Assembly: GCF_006345805.1 (NCBI RefSeq)
Contig: NC_043003.1
Coordinates: forward strand, 45,632,001-45,696,000
Length of the DNA stretch: 64,000 bases
DNA from: Octopus sinensis
Lineage: Eukaryota
Reading direction: 5' to 3'
The notes under the pieces were generated by a model, which saw only the letters and a list, made by a program, of their open reading frames with translations, was not told the origin of the DNA and ran no database searches. The position numbers and the translations under genes were made by a program. Positions 1-12,880 of the stretch are shown in pieces. Each line of letters opens with the position of its first letter. Positions within the stretch are counted from its first letter, which is position 1.

Positions 1-564
1 AGGGACAGGTTCTAAGCTGTCCATACTTGAGAAAATATACGTTGAAAAAATCTAAATATACACAAGTCACCATCTGTAGTTACAATATTGATTATAATAA
101 TTAATGATATTTATACAAATAATATTAATAATAATAAGAACAATAATATTAATGGAGGGTATAAACCCAAAATAAGTAAAATACTTCTGAATGAATAATG
201 TACTCCATAGAGCAATGTGTAAATATTACTGCTACAATTAAGGGAAATCAAAAGAAACATTTTAAAACCACGCTTCAACTGTAATACCAATTCATTAAAA
301 AAATAGCGCTATCACCTTCAGCTGGAAACCAACGCAGGACGCTTGTTTGAATCAGCTGAATAGGAAAACGCCGTGAGTGATGGGCCCTTGATGGAACTGG
401 TGCGACTAGAATGCATAACTGCATACAGAGCAATGTGCAGTCGCTGCAGTCGAAACATATGCAGGTCAGAGTTATATATGCTGCATTAAAATTTTGAATA
501 AATAAGTTTTGGATGTGCATAAATCTCAACTCTTCCCTTCGTTCTCAATTATATGTAAGTATGC

Positions 565-597
<33 letters not shown>

Positions 598-1026
598 ATA
601 TATTATATATATATATAGGTTAATAAATTCCAGGATAGCAAAATAATTTTGAAAATTTCTTTGCTACCAGTGGCCTACCGAGAAGAGAGAAACTAGTCAA
701 TAGACTATACTTTGATACTTTGATAGGTTTCGGCCATTATTGGCCCAGGCCATGTCTAACTTAATAGCACCACCTGGTATATTATATATTATTCATATAA
801 AAATACACTGTACGTTTAAACACATAAGAGATGGCCATAACGGATATGAGAGCTTCGCCAAGTAAATTACTTTATTTGCTGAAGATAGCTTGAAACCATG
901 TTACAGGAAATAGAGGGTAAACGTTTTTATTTTCCATTCCCTTTCGAAATTACCCCTAATAGTTTAAATACCCCTTCTAACGGGTTAGATATCCTGTTAT
1001 GGCCATCTCTTATGTGTATGAATACA

Positions 1027-1097
<71 letters not shown>

Positions 1098-1787
1098 GTG
1101 TGTGTGTATGTATGTATATACACGCTGCGTATATATTGGAGTTCAAATGTGTGGTTGACAACTGGGTTTTGGCAAGTAAGTGTAAGGTGTGATTTTGAAA
1201 TCATGCCATTTTGCCGAGGATCTAACAGCATCTCCAGGTGCATGTTTTATAGTTAATGAGAGTTGGAGTAATAGAAGCGTTTAAGCAATGTGCACAAGAA
1301 TGCCAGTTACCCCCGTCAACTTTTATAAAGAATAGGGATGGTGAAGGATTTTAAAGTAACAAAAGCTTAATGACATACATTCAGTTGAATTCAGTGTGGA
1401 ACATTGTTCGTGATTCCCAGAAGTTTCTGTTAACAGGAAGCTATTAAGTGGGTATGTGCGTCACAGAAGACATTGAATGCACTAGAAGCGGAACAAAGGG
1501 TTATCTGATCAGAATACTAAATGTAGGCCAGATACTGTATCCTTGCTGAATTGGAGGAGCATTTGTTTAAAGCAGTAGATTTTAGAAACCAAAATGCAAT
1601 GGCAGTTTATGTGATTTGAGCAAAGGGAATTATGTCCCTCTCTCTCTCTCTCTCCCTGTTTTCTCCATTTGCAACACACACACACACATACACACGTACA
1701 TGCATATCTATTTGTATTTATATAAACACACACGCATACATATATACATATACATATACACACACATATGTATATAGATAAATATAT

Positions 1788-1849
<62 letters not shown>

Positions 1850-1924
1850 CATATATATACATATATGCATATATATATACATATATATATGCACATATAC
1901 ATGTCTACATACATAGATACATTG

Positions 1925-2084
1925 GAGGCCCAACCCTCGGACTTCTTTTACAGGGTTTAGAAAACCTGAAGGCCTGCTGCGATAGGTGTATGTATCTGAG
2001 AGGAGAATATGTTGAAAAATCATGATTATGTTATCCTCCTGTAGTTTCTTTTCTCCAAAGCTAGGAAACTTTCTGCGTCCCCTA

Positions 2085-2089
<5 letters not shown>
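1925..2089 (+). mobile_element. Mariner transposon 3' end
   Basis: Encodes ...[16 protein letters not shown] (mariner 'G.YVEK*' terminus), followed by a TIR-like end and TA. Confidence 0.72.
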
Positions 2090-2117
<28 letters not shown>

Positions 2118-2347
2118 TATATATATATATATATTAATATATATTATTATTGATATTAGGAAATCAATATCAGAAAACTCATCAGAAAGATATACACGTG
2201 TGAAAAATAATTCTTGTATTAAAAGTTGTTGTATTAAAAGTATATAAATAAATAAATATAAATATGTATAAAAATATATGTAAATATGTATAAGTATAAA
2301 TATATAATGTATATGACAGTTTAAAAGTTTTGAATTAAGTATTTAAA

Positions 2348-2441
2348 GCATCTTACGATCGTTTCACAGAAGTGTTGTCCCTATAGTGAAATCCTATATT
2401 GACAAGCATTTATAGATAACGCTTCTGCGCTTCAGAGATAT
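2348..2441 (-). ncRNA. Type-I hammerhead motif with long stem II (A9>C)
   Basis: atatct-CTGAAGC-gcagaagcgtt...aacacttctgt-GAAA-cgatcg-TA-agatgc; palindromic ACGATCGT stem III. Confidence 0.62.
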
Positions 2442-3308
2442 AAAATTTGAATTCTGTATAACATATCGAATGGTAGTTATTTTTTAAATTTGAAGTAATA
2501 CTATACAATGGTGTTTGTTTGAAATATAAGTTAAAAATAAAAAATTACTGCTTTTGATGAGAGTCTCTAAATCCATATATACTTCCTTGGATATTCTTCT
2601 TCAATAATCCATAATATTCATATGTAAAATCCGTTATATTACCTTGTATTACAAATATAGTTCATGTAGTTAGTTTAGAAATGTGAAATTTGTATATACT
2701 TTAGTATGAGAATCTTGAAATTCATATATGTATTCTTGGTAATTCCTCTGTAGCAATCCAGGGGAATTACCAAAAAGATAAAATATCTCGCCTTGTTGGC
2801 CACATTCTCCGTATAGCCCAGTGGTTCTATATCGGACTCCATATGGCCCATGCGGGGTCAATATAACAGTTTGTTTTTAAAATTTATATGCAATAAATTA
2901 GTTCTTCTACGATACACAAAATATTGTAGCAATTATTTTTATGTAACTCTTAATAATATTTAATAATAAAAATACAGTAGGAGTTTTAATCACTGAATGG
3001 CTAGTGGGGTCCAACCGAGTAAAATATGAATAAATGGTTGAGAAACACTAGCCTAGTCAATCAAAAACACGCGAAAATAGCTATGATTTGAAACCCACGT
3101 TTTGCGGCAGGCGTAAAAATAGTAGGTTGGGAATCACTAGGCAGTGGACATTTCAAGATGGTCTGAAGACAGTCAGCATTATGTGGAGTGAGTGGGCAAG
3201 AGTAGCGCAACTGTACCTGGTAGAGGAAACTTGCTGTCTAATGTACTGAGCAAACACAGGAGGAACCCCGAGCTAAATATATGTTTGTGTGTTTGAGAAA
3301 CTGGAAGG

Positions 3309-3340
<32 letters not shown>

Positions 3341-3510
3341 GAGACAGACAGAGAAAGACAGACAGACAGACAGACAGATTGACAGAGACAGAGAGAGACA
3401 CACACAGAGAGAGAAGGATGGAGAGAAGGAAAGAGAATTCGTCTTCCAAACATAAAGGTCTGCGTTCAAGCCTCTTGCGCGGCTACTTAGACTAGCCTCT
3501 GTTTTTTTTC

Positions 3511-3771
3511 ATTTATTTGTTTCAGTCATTTGACTGCTGTCATGCTGGAGCACCGCCTTTAGTCGAGCAAATGGATCCCAGGACTTAGTCTTTGTAAGCC
3601 TAGTACTTATTCTATCGGTCTCTCTTGCCGAACCGCTATGTGACGGGGACGTAACACATCAGCATCTGTTGTCAAGCGATGTTGGTGGGCACAAACACAG
3701 ACACACAATCACACACACACACACACACATAATATATATAGATATTATATATATATATAATATAATTTACA

Positions 3772-3805
<34 letters not shown>

Positions 3806-3835
3806 CATATATTATATATATAATATATATATATG

Positions 3836-3929
<94 letters not shown>

Positions 3930-4122
3930 ATATATATATGAATATGTGTCTGTGTTTGTGCCCACCAACATCGCTTGACAACAGATGCTGATGTGTTTAT
4001 ATATATATATATATATATATATACGACGACAGGCTTCTTTCAGTTTCCGTCTACCAAATCCACTCACAAGGCTTTGGTCGGCGCGAAGGGTATAGTAGAA
4101 TATACTTGCCCAAGGTGCCACA
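3511..4122 (-). mobile_element. SINE family A (internal microsatellite), rearranged
   Basis: Matches both halves of the complete copies at 27227 and 28071; expanded (TA)n and an internal inverted duplication. Confidence 0.88.
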
Positions 4123-4154
4123 CATGCACACATACATACATAATACATAGATTA

Positions 4155-4290
<136 letters not shown>

Positions 4291-4324
4291 TAAATAGATA
4301 TAAACTGCAAATTTTAGCACAAGG

Positions 4325-4513
4325 TAGAATGTTCTGGGGAGGAGGTAAGTCGATTCATTCGACCTCAGTGCTAAGTTGGCACATTGGTACTCGTTTTATC
4401 GACTCCGAAAGGATGATCGGTGAAGTCGACCTCGGTGGAATTTGAACTTAAGACGTAAAGATGGATGAAATGCCGCCAAGCATTTTGCCCGGCGCGATAA
4501 CGACTCTGCCAAC
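4325..4513 (-). mobile_element. SINE family B
   Basis: Reverse complement of the GCTGGCAGAA..GTTCAAATTCCGCCGAGGTCGACTTTGCCTTTCATCC family. Confidence 0.8.
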
Positions 4514-4908
4514 TTACACACACACATGTACGTACGTATGTATGTATGTATGTATGTATGTATGTATGTATGTATGTATGTATGTATGTATGTGTGTGTA
4601 TGCAATACCCTATACATGGTAATATATACAAAATTGCTGTACTAAGTGCTTATTGAATCTAAACTGATTATTCTATATTATGGCGGCCATGTTAGATGAA
4701 GCCACTTTCCGACATGTATTTAAGCATAAACTTTGATTATATGCGTGTATGTGCATGTATGTCTGTGTGTCATATAGCCACTGCAGTTGTACAATAATGT
4801 TAGAACAACGAAAATGGCTGTGCATTTGTGTTATCATATAACAATGTATATATAACTACATGTACATACATATGTATATGTATGTATGTATATATATTAT
4901 ATATATGA

Positions 4909-4940
<32 letters not shown>

Positions 4941-5093
4941 TATATATAGATATATATATATATATGCATGTATGTATGTATGTTATATATATATATAATA
5001 TATATATAATATATATAATATGTATGTATATATGTATATGAATATATGTATATATATATAATGCACACAATCATACATACATGCATATGTGTA

Positions 5094-5159
<66 letters not shown>

Positions 5160-5277
5160 GTGTGGGCGCTTATGTATGCATGTGCGTGTGTGTGTACGTG
5201 CGTGTGTAAAAATATACATATATAAATATACATTGGAAACACACACACATATACAGCCCTGCATACATATAATCATA

Positions 5278-5362
<85 letters not shown>

Positions 5363-6626
5363 GTGGTGTGTATGAGTATTGTTGTCTATGCGTGTATGTT
5401 TATACCTGCCTATATGTATACATCATTCATGTCCACGAATATATGTATATGTATGTATGTATGTATGCATGTATGTATGTATGTATGTATGTATGTATGT
5501 ATGTATGTATGTATGTATGCATGTATGTGTGTGTGTGTATGTATGTATGTTTGTTGTATATGTAGATGCATACGCGCTGCGATATTACAGCATGGTTACG
5601 ATAGTGTGGCATCTCTCATCAGTTGGCAAGTTGAAAAGGAAGATCAAACAGTAATTACATTATACCCCCTCCAACATCTGAGACCTTAATATAGAGGTTG
5701 CAGGGACGAGGGGGTATAGGTTGAGTAGAGGCTGGGTTGATAGTGCTGGTGGTGGTGGCGATGGTGACGGTGGTAATGTTGGGGGTAGGAGGACGAGGAA
5801 GCAAACATGCGATGGTGGCATCGGCCGTTAGTAAAATGTGTAAATGAGAGAGATGCATGAAGAAGTCATGCACGTGGAAAGGGATGAGTCGTTGGGAAAA
5901 GGGACGGAATCAAAGCAAAAGGATTCTGTGTGGGAGTAGTGAGTAGTGTTGGGTGTCTTATAGGGCGGCGGGAGGATGCAATCTGCCAGTAAATAGTGAC
6001 AGGGGAGAATGAGAAGGAAACCTTGTGTGGAAGGAGATGGTGGTGTGTTTTGCACGGCAGGGGGCGTAGTTGATGTGTATGAGCATGGGCTTATGATATA
6101 TGTGTTTATGTATGTGTGTTTATGTATGCGTGTTTATGTGTGCATTTCTGTTCGTGTGTGTCTGTTTGTGAGTGTGTGTGTGTGTGTTTAAATGTTGTGA
6201 CAGCGTGCGTTGTCATGGGTTAATTGTGTCTGTGTTTGTGTTTACGTGTTTGTGCTTACTGATGTTACAGTCTGTGCGAAAGGCGTAACTGTGTGCATGC
6301 TTGTACATGTGTGTGTGTGTGTGTGTGTGTGTTTTTATGTGCGTGTTTGCGTGTGTGTGTGTGTGTCTGTGTGTGCGCTTGAGTTTGTGTCTAGATTTTT
6401 GTAATTTTTGCTTTTGTAAGTATGTTTGCATAAAATAACTTCGTAGTAATGTGTTCCTTTTTTGTGTATTTTATGTATATATATATATATGTGTGTGTGT
6501 GTGTATTTGTGTGTGTGTCTTGTGTGTGTATGCGTGTGTATGCGTGTGTGTGTGTTGTGTGCGTGTGTGTGTGTTGTGTGCGTTGTTGTTGTTGCTGTTT
6601 TTGCTTTTTCATGTTACTGACGCTTA

Positions 6627-6845
6627 GCTCTTTACTCTTTCTTATTGCTTCAGTCAGTTGACTGTGGTCATGCTGGAGCACCGCCTTTAGTCGAGCAACT
6701 CGCCCCCAGGACTTATTCTTTGTAAGCCTAGTACTTATTCTATCGGTTTCGTTTGCTGAACCGCTAAGTTACGGGGAGAAAACAAAACCAGCATCAGTTG
6801 TCAAAGGATGTTAAGGGGACAAACACAGATACAAATACACACACA

Positions 6846-6924
<79 letters not shown>

Positions 6925-7089
6925 GACGGGCTTCTTTCAGTTTCCGTCTACCAAATCCACTCACGAGGCTTTGGTCGGCCCGAGGCTATAGTAGAAGACA
7001 CTTGCTCAAGGTACCACGCAGAGAGACTGAACCCGGAACCATGTGGTTGGCTAGCAAGCTACTTTATTTCAACACAGCACCCCTACGCC
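6627..7089 (-). mobile_element. SINE family A
   Basis: Reverse complement of the 28071 copy, including the internal (TA)n(TG)n. Confidence 0.9.
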
Positions 7090-7554
7090 TAGAAAATCTT
7101 TGTTGAGACATATGATCAAAATCCTACCAGCCGTGACCATTCCGTTTTTTGGTTCTATGGCTGTATCGCGTAATGCTTCCCCCTAAATTATTTCTAGCAG
7201 GTCAAGCTATTACGCAGTGGCATCTATTGTCTACCTATGCGTATTTGTTGCTATCTAGCCCCTTCTCAGTCCTGACAGAACAAGCATATGATCAAAGGTA
7301 TTCTGTCTGTGAACATCCTGTCTTTTTCTCTATGAATTTAGAATCAAATCCATATGACACAATACGACATTTTCTTCGATTATTGCGTGACATTTTTGGA
7401 GGTTTTGCTAGGCTGAGTGACCATGTAGTGACTTTGTGTTGTCTGTGTGTTTATGACTTTTGTCTTTTCTATTTAGTTTTCCATTTTGCAATTTAGCCCA
7501 AACTAATCCCTGATACTCTGTTACATACATCGTTTCTTTTGTTTCTTTTGGGTG

Positions 7555-7776
7555 TGTTTCATTCCATTTCACTGCTGCCATGCTGAAGCGCCGCTTTGAA
7601 CAATTTTAGTCGAACGAATCGACTCCTGTTGTATTTATTTAAGGTTCATCCTAATTCTATTGATTTCTTTTGCCGAACCTCTACGATATGGGGACGTAAG
7701 CACACCATCAACGGTTGTCAAGTGGTGGTGGTGGTGGGGGGGGGACAAACAGAAACACACACACTTGTGTATGTCT

Positions 7777-7810
<34 letters not shown>

Positions 7811-8071
7811 CAATTTTTTGCGTAATAAGATAAAAAAAAACCAAGGCTGTGTAGATATCAGAGCATTCATATATAAATGCCTTATATCTACACAGCCTTG
7901 TTTTTTTTGTCTTATTACGCAAAAATTCTTATATACATACGCTGACACAGAACCAACGTTGAACCCTTTATTCGCAATATTACCGAATCTGGAACTTAAC
8001 TATGGTCTGTCTATAGCACTTATTCATCATTACCTGACACCTTTGGGTCTCAATGACACCATTATCTCATA

Positions 8072-8115
<44 letters not shown>

Positions 8116-8285
8116 TATACACTCGCGCGCGCGATGAGTTTCCTTCAGTTTCTTTATGCTATATCCACTCACAAAGCTTTGGTCGACTAGAGCAATAGGA
8201 GAAGATACTTGCCCAAATTGCCATGCAGTGGGACTGAACCCAGAACTATAAGGCAAACGTCCTACCACTCATCCACGCCTGCGCC
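7555..8285 (-). mobile_element. SINE family A, old, interrupted by an insertion in its (TA)n
   Basis: 3' half at 7555-7770, 5' half at 8125-8285. Confidence 0.75.
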
Positions 8286-9145
8286 TCTCAGTTAATTGTG
8301 CATGCGTGTATATTTCCCTGTTCCAAGATTTACTCGATCAGATGTCCCTAAACATTTTCGTTCCGTTTACAGCCTACCAACATTTTGAAAATAAGTAATT
8401 TTGAACTGTTTCTTTCAGTAGTTTAAATTTACGCTTCTTTTCACGTTGCCCGTTGCTTCTATCATGAAGAGACAACGGACAACGTGAAAATTTAAATTAT
8501 TGTTTTTAAACATTATCATTTAAAGTTTAAATAACAATGACTATAAAAATGCTACTTAACAACGTTATCTCGTTTATTTAGGAACTAATAATGAACAGAT
8601 TCTACAACCAAATACAATCTTCTGTATTAGACTACTCCATTAATTACAGAGTAATTAAGATGTATACAATACCAATCGATAAATCCAAACTGTTAGAAAG
8701 AAAATAATTAGTAGTTTTCAACAAAATAAGCCTACTTCAAATTTTTTTCTTTACAGCTTCAGAACTCTTTAAATTATAATTGAAATAAATAAATAAATGA
8801 ATAAACTTTTTACGAATCCAGAATCAGCTAACTTAAACAACTGGGTAGGCGGTAGGCAAGATTACCCCGGTTTGGGAACAAGTGTTATATTACTAGAGGC
8901 AGAGTAAATCAATAATGTGTGTTTAAGGGACAAATGATATGAAAAAATTTATAGCATAATTTCTGTGTAACTGAATGTTTATGAGTGGAGCAAAAAGAAA
9001 AAAAAATATGTACGTGTGTACATCTATATATGCTGATATGTATATGTGTGCACAAGTATATGTGTATGTATGTTTCTCTCTCTCTCTCTCTCTCTCTTTC
9101 TATCTTTCCCTCTATATATGTGCGTGTGTGTATGTGTGTGTGTGT

Positions 9146-9385
9146 AAAGACGTATGGCTCAATGGTTAGAGTGTGATGCTCAGAATCATGAGCCCCACAC
9201 CCATATTGCTCCAGTTCACTCATCTGTAGAATTGAGTTGCGACGTTACTGGTGGCAACCCGTATTGACCTTTGCCTTTCCTCTGGATAACATCGATGGCG
9301 TGGAGAGGGAACTTCTGGTCTTCTATGAAAACCTTGCTCGAAATTGTTCCTATCTGCAATCCCATGGTCATTCATGACAGAAGGG
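9146..9385 (+). mobile_element. SINE family C (tRNA head)
   Basis: TGGCTCAATGGTTAGAG head; body matches the 31350 copy, internally deleted. Confidence 0.75.
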
Positions 9386-9398
9386 GGTCTTTATACAT

Positions 9399-9434
<36 letters not shown>

Positions 9435-9506
9435 AATTACGGGTATGTGCTATTTTGTGTTTAAAGGATGAATAAGTGAACCTGATGCTAATATGTGCGT
9501 ACGTTA

Positions 9507-9722
9507 AGGCAACGTGCTGACAGAAACGCTAGTACGCCGGGAAAAATGTTTAGTGGCATTTCGTTCGTCTTTACGTTCTGAGCCCAAACCTCGTGGAGAT
9601 AGACTTTGCCTTTCATCCTTTCGAGCTCGATAAAGCGAGTACCTGTGAAACATTGGGGTCGATGTAATCGACTTACCCCTTCCCTCGAAATTGCTGACCT
9701 TTTCTGCCAAAAATTTGAAATC
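9507..9722 (+). mobile_element. SINE family B
   Basis: Diverged match to the 56057 copy. Confidence 0.8.
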
Positions 9723-9944
9723 AATATGAAACAATGTAGCAATTATGTGTGTTCGTGGTCGCGTGTGTATAAAACAGCATAAATGAATGGATCTTTGTCG
9801 TGGTTTTGCTTCAGCCTAAAATTGACTGAATTGATCTATGGTCAATAGCTTTCCAAATATAACCATGCTGACTTTTTCCGGGTGATCTGTATCAACAATT
9901 ATACTATCCATTGCGCCTCCTTTTCTTTTACAGGAATTGTAATT

Positions 9945-10266
9945 TACCATTACGGAGATGTACTTGCATAGCGAGTGACTTGATCTGAGATCGTGTGCTG
10001 GGACGAAAACAATTGCAGCGTAGAAGGTGTTTATAAGCCATTTAAGAAACACACAAAACCGTTAGATTCACTTCAGCATTTAAATTTAAGTTGTCAAAAT
10101 ATTTTCGTCGCTTTGAGACCGCGACCTGTTCACTGACAAAGCTTCGTACTGCATCTCTCAAAGTGACGAAAATATTTTGAAAAATTAAATTTAAATGTTG
10201 AAGTGAATCTAACGGTTTTGTGTGTTTCTTAAATGGCTTATAAACACCTTCCACGCTGCAATTGTT
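9945..10266. mobile_element. MITE-like fold-back element
   Basis: 111-bp inverted arms at 10008-10118 and 10156-10266; single-arm relatives at ~23445-23575 and ~47558-47655. Confidence 0.8.
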
Positions 10267-12558
10267 AATTTACCATTATTTCTAATAAATCGTGCGATTA
10301 CGTACAAGTTCTCTTTTTGACACAAAATGCAAGTGAGCAAATGTTTGTGAAGGAATATGTAACAAGTGTATGCAAACAACGTGTACAAATAGCGCTGTAT
10401 GTATTTAATATATGATTGAAAAATAATCTCCTGCGTCGGCACGAGCGTGTATCTGAGTAAAATGCAAATGTATGCGTGTGAAATTCGTACAACGAATTGC
10501 TGCATGCCTACACACGCTGTGTGGTCGCGTGTGTACCGATGCACAAGTTATTCTGGATATATAAGCATTGAAATGACAAACATGTGCTAATGTAAATATG
10601 TTTGTGAATATGCCAGTGTATTTGTCTATTTGGAATAAATAAACAGGAGCAATAAATTCTGAATATATCTTTATAAAGGAAATATGTCTATTTTCATTTT
10701 ATCTTAAACTTCCGCTTCTTATATGTTATATTATATTATTGTATTATACAATATTATATTATATTATATTATATTATATTATATTATATTTAGATCTTCA
10801 GTTTAAATGAAAATTTAAATGTGTGTGTGTGTGTATCATTTTTGCGATTTGTTTTACCTGATTCTTGCTGTAAAATGATATATTGAAACAGAATGTGTTG
10901 TATCTATGGAGGGTCAGTATGCCAATAATAAACACACGCAGTGACTACCTTTCACTTCCATTTTTTGTTTTTGTTTTTGTAATGAAAGAAATTAAGTAGA
11001 ACCAGTACGTATGCTTATTATGGGCCTAATATAACACTACATGCATACATAGAAATATGTGTGAGCGCGTGTGTGCGTGAGTGTGTGTACGCGCGCGTAT
11101 ATATGTGTGTATGATATTGATCTAGATGTTTTCATTTAAATTGAAGATCTAAATATAGCTTTCCAATTAAAAAAAGATCTTTCACTTATTTTAGTGCCAT
11201 AGTAATTCATCCATTCTTCAAATTTTGTCATTACTTTCAATGTATTTCATTAAGCTTTTATTCCTGATAGCCGATAGGAAATACTACATTTATAGTAGTT
11301 CCTATGTTTCCCATTGTCATATCTGCCAGTAACACATTAGTTTTTCTGCTGTCTAGCCAACACAGCATCCTCATGGAACAGAACAATCAGGAACTAACAA
11401 AACCAGTTGTTGTCACTCCATTGTTAAATCGAGGGAAAATTACGTGTATCATATAAGATACGACTTATGTGATAAACATGACTTATATGGCTTCCACTTC
11501 TAGCTGGTGGTTCGAACATATAGATACATGTCGATATGCTTCTGGGCAAACGACTTCTTTCCAGGATGTCCAATCTTCATTTGAGCATGCTAGCATATGC
11601 AAAATTTGAACGCAGAAGTGGAAAAGTGGTCTTTAAAATTTCCTTAAAACTCTGCAAAGCTATAACTCATTTTACATTCAAAAATATATTTTACATCTCG
11701 GCAACTAGGACTTTAACCATTATTCCTCCATTTAAACATCAACTCCCGTTTAGCTTTCCTATTGAATTATATTTACAGCGGTAACTTCATTCTGCAGATT
11801 CTCATTAGCTCCAGTTTTGTTTCACTCATGTACCGGTATCCCTAACTAAGTTATTGTTTCTCTTGTGTTCAAATATTTCTCGGCGTTATTCAATTCTCAT
11901 CTTTAAATGACATCCATTAAGACTTCGGCAAATACAGTGTTGTTATGAATTCAAGTCTTTAATTCACTCAACACTTAAATGGTTTTCATGTCGGTGAGGT
12001 ATCAACTAAATCTACTCTTTGTCCTTCATCCCTTCTCTGATGTTATATTGTCAACACATCTTTCATCCGTCCGCATCTCGTAAACAATACTTTGAATGCG
12101 TCTTCACCCTATCCTACAATACGATTACCACCACAACCATTCTCAGACAACTACAGCAAGCCAATTATCCCTATTATCACCATCAAGACTAATAGCAAAT
12201 TTAAAATACATAAAAACACTGTTACTTTAAGTTGCCATATTGAAGCCTTATGGAAAACCTTCACTACAACCAGCAACATCAGTTTACCTAACACTACAAT
12301 TGCCACCACAACACCCTTGGTAATTATCGCAATAAACACGAAAAGCGGTAATTACGAAGCTAAACAGGGAAGCCACTTTGTCGTCACTTGAGTGGCAAGA
12401 AGTAGTGGACGAATCTCCCTCAAATTACACCGCGTCGTCTTTAAAATGTATAGTCTAAGTGCTCAAGCAGTCTTAGATACAATATATTTGGAAATGACAG
12501 GATGGTTACTGTTGGAAGAACATTGGTAATAGATTTGGATCAAGTATTACTTGATAGT

Positions 12559-12880
12559 GGAGGTGCAATGGCACAGTTGTTAGGGCAGTGGACTCGCGGT
12601 CGGAGAATCGCAGTTTCGATTCCCAGACTGGGCGTTGTGTGTGTCTATTGAGCGAAAACACTTAGAGCCCCACGAGGCTCTGCCAAGAGGTAGTGGCGAC
12701 CCTTGTTGTATTCTTTCGCTCCAACTTTCTCTCACTCTTTCTTCCTGTTTCTTAAGTAACGCTGCGATGGACTGGCGTCCCCTCAAGCTGTGGAGGGGGG
12801 ACACATACACCACAGAAAACGGGAAACCGGGCCCATAAGCCTGGCTAGGCTCGAAAAGGGCGCATAAATAAATAAAAATA
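12559..12880 (+). mobile_element. SINE family D head with an alternative tail
   Basis: Head matches the 46475 copy; tail GCTGCGATGGACTGGCGTCCC...(AAAT)n differs. Confidence 0.8.

Noticed and set aside
670-760. GAAACTAGTC (+) and GGCC-loop-GGCCGAAAC (-) fragments
   Set aside because: Possibly HHR debris, but the cores are too damaged to count.
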